From Chloroflexi bacterium RBG_13_51_36 (lineage in GTDB: Bacteria > Chloroflexota > Dehalococcoidia > GIF9 > AB-539-J10): a DNA stretch of 64,000 nucleotides. The notes beneath the pieces are model-generated. The model saw nothing but the letters and a program-made list of their open reading frames with translations, was not told where the DNA came from and did not search any database. Position numbers and translations under genes: made by a program. Positions 58,501-64,000 of the stretch are shown here, piece after piece. Numbering within the stretch: the stretch's first letter is position 1; the number at the start of each line of letters is the position of its first letter. The stretch spans positions 28,054 to 92,053 of the forward strand of contig MGMS01000009.1 of assembly GCA_001796515.1 (NCBI GenBank), written 5' to 3'.

Positions 58501-59186
58501 AAGAGTCTTTCACAGTTCACGACCTACCAATCGATGAGCGCCCGAGGGAGAGGCTGTTGAAGCTGGGCAGCGAAGCTCTCTCTGCCCAGGAGATTCTGGC
58601 TATAATCCTGGGTCGAGGGACCAAAGGTGAGTCTGTCATGATGATTAGCCAGAAGATGTTGAGCCGGTTCGGCAATCTGAAAAGCATTGCCGATGCCTCC
58701 GTGGAAGAGTTGACTCAGACGAAAGGTATTGGACCAGCCAAGGCGGCGCAGATCAAAGCTGCCCTGGAATTAAGCAAGAGGCTGGAAGCGGATGCCGGTG
58801 AAGGGCCGAAGCCCATGCTCAAGTCCCCCGAGGATGTAGCTGCCGCGGTGAGGAGCCAACTGAAAGGCAAGAAGAAGGAGCATTTCTTGGTACTTTGCCT
58901 GGATACCAGAAATAGGTTAATTAAACGTATGCTGGTTTCCATGGGTAGCCTGGACACCAGCATTGTTCATCCCCGGGAGGTGTTTAAGGAAGCGGTATCT
59001 TCCTGTGCGGCCTCAGTAATTTTTGCTCATAACCATCCGTCGGGTGACCCCGAGCCATCCAAGGAGGATGTTGAGCTAACCAAGCGGTTGGCTAAAGCTG
59101 GAGAGATTATGGGCATCGATGTCCTTGACCACATCATCGTCTGCGATAAGAGTCACGTGAGCCTGAAAGCGAGGAACTTGTTCTAG
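58497..59186 (+). CDS. radC: RadC (JAB domain) protein
   Basis: 'ERPRERL...G..ALS', 'VHPREVF', 'HNHPSGDP.PS..D', 'LDHII'. Confidence 0.95.
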   Translation: MKESFTVHDLPIDERPRERLLKLGSEALSAQEILAIILGRGTKGESVMMISQKMLSRFGNLKSIADASVEELTQTKGIGPAKAAQIKAALELSKRLEADAGEGPKPMLKSPEDVAAAVRSQLKGKKKEHFLVLCLDTRNRLIKRMLVSMGSLDTSIVHPREVFKEAVSSCAASVIFAHNHPSGDPEPSKEDVELTKRLAKAGEIMGIDVLDHIIVCDKSHVSLKARNLF

Positions 59187-59230
59187 GTCAATTTACTGCA
59201 CGTTAATTTCTGGGATATACTGTTGAGCAA

Positions 59231-60364
59231 GTGAGTATCGTGAAGACCAGCGAAAGAAGCGAAGTTTTCTTCTTCCCCTATGACAAGGGAAGGGCTTTCC
59301 TCAGAGGGTTGAGGATTCTCTTCTCCAAGGTAGCCGATGTTGTCTCTGAAGGTGATTCGGTAGCAGTGAAGGTGCACATGGGAGAGTATGGAGGGAGTGC
59401 TTATTTGCGCCCGCCGATAGTGCGCCGGGCCTGTGATTTGATCAAAGAGGCTGGAGGCAGACCGTTTGTGACCGATACCACTACTCTCTATCCCGTAGGG
59501 AGATTCACTGCCAGCAAATATCTGGCTACGGCGGCCCGCAATGGCTTCACCGAGGAATCGGTGGGAGCGCCCGTGATTATCGCTGATGGAGAACGGAGCT
59601 ATGATGGAGAATGGGTCGATGTCCCCGGACAGATCGCTGACCGCCCCTTGGATAAGGCAAAGGTAGCCAGTAGGATTTTCAGCGCTGACTCTATGGTAGT
59701 TCTGTCCCACTTGAAGGGACATGAACGGGCGGGCTTTGGCGGCTCTATCAAGAATGTGGCCATGGGCTGTGTTACCAAGGAGTCGAAAGCCGGTCAACAT
59801 AGGGCAAATCGGGCTGTCATTGATATCTCCAAATGCAACGGCTGTGGAAAGTGCGTTGAGGCATGCCCGTTTGACGCTCTGTCGCTGGTCGAGGAAAAGA
59901 TGGTGCGTGATGATGTGAAATGTATGGATTGCAGTCATTGCCTTTATCTCTGCCCGGAGAGTGTTTACTCTTTGCCGCCGCGGGCCAAGGAGAAGTTTCA
60001 AGTTTATCTGGCTCATGCTGCCGTTGGGGTGCTAAGCCGGTTTCACTCCAAAGTGGCTTTCATCAATTTCGTTCAGGATGTGACCCAGTCATGTGACTGT
60101 GTGGCGCCGTCAGGTTTTCCGGTCGTTTCCGATATTGGTATCCTGGACTCCACGGACGTGGTGGCCATTGACAAGGCATCGTTGGATTTGATTGCTCAAA
60201 GCAAGCCCTTGGGGAAATTTGCTGGCACTGGCTCTCCCGATATACTGGGCGAGATAAATGGCACGGATAGCCTGTCAAATAAGGACCGCCCAGGAGCTTG
60301 GCCTGGGCAACATAGAATACCACCTGTAACGGCAAAAATAATCGAACAACCGAAGTTCGCATGA
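59231..60364 (+). CDS. DUF362 family protein with 4Fe-4S ferredoxin insert (probable frameshift near the 3' end)
   Basis: 'VAVKVHMGE', 'SH.KGH...GFGG.IKN..MG', two CxxCxxCxxxCP, 'CDC', 'D.VAID.AS'. Confidence 0.8.
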   Translation: MSIVKTSERSEVFFFPYDKGRAFLRGLRILFSKVADVVSEGDSVAVKVHMGEYGGSAYLRPPIVRRACDLIKEAGGRPFVTDTTTLYPVGRFTASKYLATAARNGFTEESVGAPVIIADGERSYDGEWVDVPGQIADRPLDKAKVASRIFSADSMVVLSHLKGHERAGFGGSIKNVAMGCVTKESKAGQHRANRAVIDISKCNGCGKCVEACPFDALSLVEEKMVRDDVKCMDCSHCLYLCPESVYSLPPRAKEKFQVYLAHAAVGVLSRFHSKVAFINFVQDVTQSCDCVAPSGFPVVSDIGILDSTDVVAIDKASLDLIAQSKPLGKFAGTGSPDILGEINGTDSLSNKDRPGAWPGQHRIPPVTAKIIEQPKFA

Positions 60365-60413
60365 TCAGAGCAGATTTGATATTCCTCAGGATCTGAACAC
60401 TGTTTACAATAAC

Positions 60414-60839
60414 ATGGAAGATATTGACCTGGCTCGCTCTCTTTTGAAGGACGACAAGCAGCATCTCGTTATAGTGAAAAAGGGACAGGTTCTTTTCACT
60501 TCCAGAGAGCGGGGAATAGCTCCCTTCTTCCAGGCCGTCAAGAGCATGGAAAAAGATTTACATAATGCTGCCGTGGCTGACCGCGTCGTGGGCTTAGCGG
60601 TAGCTATGCTGTGTCTCCATGCTCGAATAGCTTCGGTATACGGTGGCATAGCGAGCCAGAAGGCGCTTGATATGCTGAAAAAGAAAGGGGTGGCCGTTAG
60701 TAGTGGAAACACAGTGCCCTATATCTCGAACTACGATGGCACAGACTTGTGTCCTTTCGAGAAGCTGGCAGAGAGTTGCCGAAAGCCTTCTCAGTTGTTT
60801 GCGGCGTTATTGGCTCTTTTCGCCGAAGGGGGCCAGTGA
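60414..60839 (+). CDS. DUF1893 family protein
   Basis: 'RGIAP', 'ADRVVG.A.A', 'I.N..G..LCPFE'. Confidence 0.75.
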   Translation: MEDIDLARSLLKDDKQHLVIVKKGQVLFTSRERGIAPFFQAVKSMEKDLHNAAVADRVVGLAVAMLCLHARIASVYGGIASQKALDMLKKKGVAVSSGNTVPYISNYDGTDLCPFEKLAESCRKPSQLFAALLALFAEGGQ

Positions 60840-62416
60840 AGAAAAACTGGCATCGTGTCGTATTGTCTATCCTCCTAGCGGCCTTATTGGCTTCCCCTTC
60901 GATCGCTTGCCAGTTCTTCAGCCCCCAGGGCGATCTGGCCCTCTGGGATACTGGACCGCTAACACTTGATCCGGCGATTTCTGCCGACACGTCTTCTCAT
61001 AGCTACGTTATGCAAATCTTCTCTGGATTGGTCCGTCTCGACCGGGAGCTAAAAATAGTGCCCGATATTGCCGAGAGATGGGAGGAAAGCCCCGACGGCA
61101 AAACATATACTTTCCACCTCCGCCACGGGGTGAAATTCCATGATGGCAATGAGGTTGAAGCTGCCGATTTCAAATACTCATGGCAGCGGGCTTGTGACCC
61201 TGCTACTGGTTCTGGCACGGCCGCTACGTATCTGGGCGATATCGTTGGAGCCAAGAATATGTTGGCAGGAGAGACAGAAGAAATCTCCGGCGCAGAAGTC
61301 GTCGATGAGTACACCCTTCGAGTTACCATTGATGCTCCCAAAGCTTATTTCCTGGACAAGCTGGCTTATCCCACCGCTTTTGTGGTGGATAGGGCAAATG
61401 TGGAGTCCGGGCAAAACTGGTGGCTAGAGCCAAACGGCACTGGGCCATTCAAGCTGCAAGAATGGAGACCGGGACAGTGGCTGATTCTGGCGCGTAATCA
61501 GACGTATTACGGCGAACCTGCCAAATTAGAGCAGGTCGTTTTCCGACTTCTCGCTGCTCCGGCCATGGCCTTATACGAAATGGGGCAGATTGATGTCGCC
61601 CCCGTTTCCACGAGCTATATTGACCAGGCTAGTGATGAGGCCGGCCCACTTCATCTGGAGATGGCCGTAACGCCTGAGCTCGGTCTGTATTACGTTGGCT
61701 TTAACACTGCTGAACCTCCCTTCGACGATGTTAATGTGCGTCGTGCCTTCTGTCATGCTGTGGACAAAGAGCATATTGTCAAGGTGATACTGAGGGACAT
61801 GGTAAATGTAGCCGACGGGATTCTGCCGCCGGGCATGCCTGGCTATAATGAGGCTCTCGAGGGACTGGACTACGACGTAGAAGAGGCGAAAGCTCTCATC
61901 GCTGCCTCGAAATACGGGGATGTCTCAAACTTACCTCCCATTACCCTGACCGTTGACGGCTATGGCAATAACATCCCCAGCTATCTGGGCGCCATCATTC
62001 AGGAATGGCAGCGAAACCTCGGCGTGGAAGTCTCGGTCAGGCAACTGGAAACAGGGAGATTCCTTTATAACTTGAAACAAGAGAAGGATGAGATGTTCAT
62101 GCTGGGATGGATAGCTGACTACCCCGACCCGCATAATTTCCTGGATATCCTTTTTCATACCGGCAGTGAGAACAATATCTTCGAATACAGTGACCCCAGC
62201 CTGGATGCTTTACTTGACCAGGCAGCAATAGAACAAGACGAGACAGAGCGTCTGGCTATGTACCAACAGGCGGAGCAGTTGGTAGTTGATGATGCCCCTT
62301 GTATTCCCCTGTTTCATGGCGCCAACTATATCCTGGTGAAGTCCTATGTCGAAGAGTATGAGCTCAGCCCCCTGGGTATTCCCGACCTGAGCAGGGTGTA
62401 CATCGACAACGGCTGA
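60836..62416 (+). CDS. Peptide/nickel ABC transporter substrate-binding protein
   Basis: 'TLDP', 'DGKTYTFHLR.GVKFHDG', 'GTGPF', 'W.ADYPDP'; GTG start overlaps the upstream stop. Confidence 0.92.
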   Translation: MKKNWHRVVLSILLAALLASPSIACQFFSPQGDLALWDTGPLTLDPAISADTSSHSYVMQIFSGLVRLDRELKIVPDIAERWEESPDGKTYTFHLRHGVKFHDGNEVEAADFKYSWQRACDPATGSGTAATYLGDIVGAKNMLAGETEEISGAEVVDEYTLRVTIDAPKAYFLDKLAYPTAFVVDRANVESGQNWWLEPNGTGPFKLQEWRPGQWLILARNQTYYGEPAKLEQVVFRLLAAPAMALYEMGQIDVAPVSTSYIDQASDEAGPLHLEMAVTPELGLYYVGFNTAEPPFDDVNVRRAFCHAVDKEHIVKVILRDMVNVADGILPPGMPGYNEALEGLDYDVEEAKALIAASKYGDVSNLPPITLTVDGYGNNIPSYLGAIIQEWQRNLGVEVSVRQLETGRFLYNLKQEKDEMFMLGWIADYPDPHNFLDILFHTGSENNIFEYSDPSLDALLDQAAIEQDETERLAMYQQAEQLVVDDAPCIPLFHGANYILVKSYVEEYELSPLGIPDLSRVYIDNG

Positions 62417-62679
62417 ATGTCAGGCCGCAAAGGCCAAATTCCAAAATCCAAACGACAAAACTACTCCTTCCTGGAGCTTCGTTCGAGTTTTGAGCTTTGA
62501 CATTTGAGCCTTGTCGGTCGATATTTCTTGCGGTCCAGGAATTAGTATTTGGAGGCTCTCTTAAGTGCTTGGGATTCAGCATTTTTGTGCCGCAGGGCTG
62601 GGGCTTATCCCTTGCCGCACCGCTGCCTGACAGTCCGATGGCTATGTCGGGGTAGTATGTGGTGGTATAATCATAAGGG

Positions 62680-63690
62680 ATGGAAAGGGAGGCGATGTTG
62701 TATGAGGCGCTCCCTGGTGGTATGGCCAGGTGTCACGTTTGCCAGTGGAGATGCCTTATCAACCCCGGTAAGCTGGGCGTCTGTCGGATGCGCATCAATC
62801 GGGATGGCAAAATCTTTGCAATGAACTATGCCGAGGTGTCTTCCATGGCGCCCGACCATATTGAAAAGAAACCTCTATTTCATTTCTTCCCTGGCACCTA
62901 TGCATTTTCCCTGGGCGGTTGGGGATGCAATTTTCACTGCAAAGGATGCCAGAATTGGGAAATTTCCTGTACGGATATCCCGCGCGGTTCCCAGCAATTG
63001 CTCCCGGAGAGAGAGATTGAGCTGACCAAGAACCATAACTGCCAGGGCATTGCCTGGACTTACAACGAGCCGGCAATTTGGCTTGAATATACCCTGGATT
63101 CAGCCAGGCTGGCCAAAGAAAACAAGCTCTACACCGTTTATGTGACCAATGGTTATGCCACGGCTGAGGCTCTGGATGCCATAGGGCCGTGGCTCGATGC
63201 CTGGAGGGTGGATGTCAAGGGCTTCACCGACCGGTTCTATCGCCAGTTAGCCAAAATCCCTCACTGGCAGGGCATTCTGGAGGTCGCCAGGCGGGCTAAA
63301 GAGAAATGGCACATGCATGTCGAGGTGGTAACCAATATCATTCCCACGATGAACGACGACGAAGAGCAGCTCAGGAACATTGCTACCTGGATTCGAGATG
63401 ATCTGGGTGAGCTTACCCCCTGGCACGTGACTCGTTTTCACCCGCTGCACGAATTCACTAATCTGTCAGCTACCCCATTATCGACGTTGGAGAAGGCTCA
63501 CAAGATTGGGAAAGAGGCCGGGCTGAAGTTCGTCTATCTGGGTAATGTGCCGGGGCACGCGTATGAGAATACCGTTTGTTATTCCTGTGGCAAAGAGATT
63601 GTTCATCGCATCGGGTATGACACTCAGGTAGTGGGTTTGGACGGCTCGAAGTGTAAATTCTGCGGAGCCGAGCTTAATTTCCGGGCATAG
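62680..63690 (+). CDS. amrS: AmmeMemoRadiSam system radical SAM enzyme
   Basis: 'IEKKPLFHF.PG', CxxxCxxC 'CNFHCKGC', 'TYNEP'. Confidence 0.93.
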   Translation: MEREAMLYEALPGGMARCHVCQWRCLINPGKLGVCRMRINRDGKIFAMNYAEVSSMAPDHIEKKPLFHFFPGTYAFSLGGWGCNFHCKGCQNWEISCTDIPRGSQQLLPEREIELTKNHNCQGIAWTYNEPAIWLEYTLDSARLAKENKLYTVYVTNGYATAEALDAIGPWLDAWRVDVKGFTDRFYRQLAKIPHWQGILEVARRAKEKWHMHVEVVTNIIPTMNDDEEQLRNIATWIRDDLGELTPWHVTRFHPLHEFTNLSATPLSTLEKAHKIGKEAGLKFVYLGNVPGHAYENTVCYSCGKEIVHRIGYDTQVVGLDGSKCKFCGAELNFRA

Positions 63691-63750
63691 TAGTTGCCCA
63701 ATTCATTGGGCAAGAGAAGCCTGTCGAATCAGGCAACTACATATGTTCTT

Positions 63751-63790
63751 GCCCTCACCTTGATCCTCTCCTATCCGGGGGAGGGAAAGG
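63751..63790. repeat. REP-like element
   Basis: CCCTCACCTTGATCCTCTCC...GGGGAGGG imperfect palindrome in the intergenic gap. Confidence 0.35.
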
Positions 63791-63810
63791 GATGGGAAGG
63801 GAGGTGTCAT

Positions 63811-64000
63811 ATGGCAGAAGGGGAGCTTCATCCTGTAGTGAAGCTGGCCAAGGAAGCGGTGGAAAGCTATGTTCGAGAGGGTAGAATACACAAACCGAAG
63901 GAGCTGACACCGGAAATGAGAGAGCAGGCAGGGGTCTTTGTTTCCCTTCATGAACACGGGCAACTAAGAGGGTGCATTGGCACCTTTGAACCCGCCAAAT
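63811..64000 (+). CDS. amrA: AmmeMemoRadiSam system protein A (AMMECR1 family), runs off the window end
   Basis: Hand translation [21 protein letters not shown]...GVFVSL...LRGCIGT; GGAGGTG RBS. Confidence 0.88.
   Translation, partial: MAEGELHPVVKLAKEAVESYVREGRIHKPKELTPEMREQAGVFVSLHEHGQLRGCIGTFEPAK

Noticed and set aside
58497-59186. radC as a mobile-element marker
   Set aside because: Full-length chromosomal type with the N-terminal HhH region, in an operon-like housekeeping context
59183-60016. 277-aa minus-strand ORF
   Set aside because: Antisense to the DUF362 gene
1-64000. CRISPR array, rRNA or known riboswitch
   Set aside because: No regularly spaced repeats or recognisable consensus found by eye; an Infernal or CRISPR scan would be needed to exclude weak cases

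Overview
Chromosomal window from an anaerobic bacterium. Gene content points to Chloroflexota/Dehalococcoidia (inferred, not tested). Most of it is housekeeping and metabolic: yebC-ruvC-ruvA, ppsA, dgt-dnaG-rpoD, ffh, pheA, trkAH, recO, acyl-CoA ligases and dehydrogenases, khpA-rpsP, a complete A/V-type ATPase operon, nfi, prfB with its +1 frameshift, radC and amrS/amrA. The main accessory feature is a ~4.9 kb element integrated in tRNA-Lys(TTT), bounded by an exact 42-bp direct repeat (12321-12362 / 17213-17254). It encodes an HUH rolling-circle Rep with a candidate origin, an excisionase, a LuxR-type HTH, a DUF4760-like protein and an internally deleted tyrosine integrase. Its only large cargo is a 735-aa protein that reads as PHP phosphoesterase + Schlafen/AlbA_2 + R-M specificity-like (TaqI_C-type) domain, the best candidate here for an undescribed single-gene defence system. 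Also present: an IS6-like element with passenger membrane ORFs (43514-45318), tRNA-Val and tRNA-Gly fragments marking older integrations, a GIDE-LemA fusion, several candidate regulatory structures and REP-like repeats. All domain calls come from motif recognition by eye; no database search was run.
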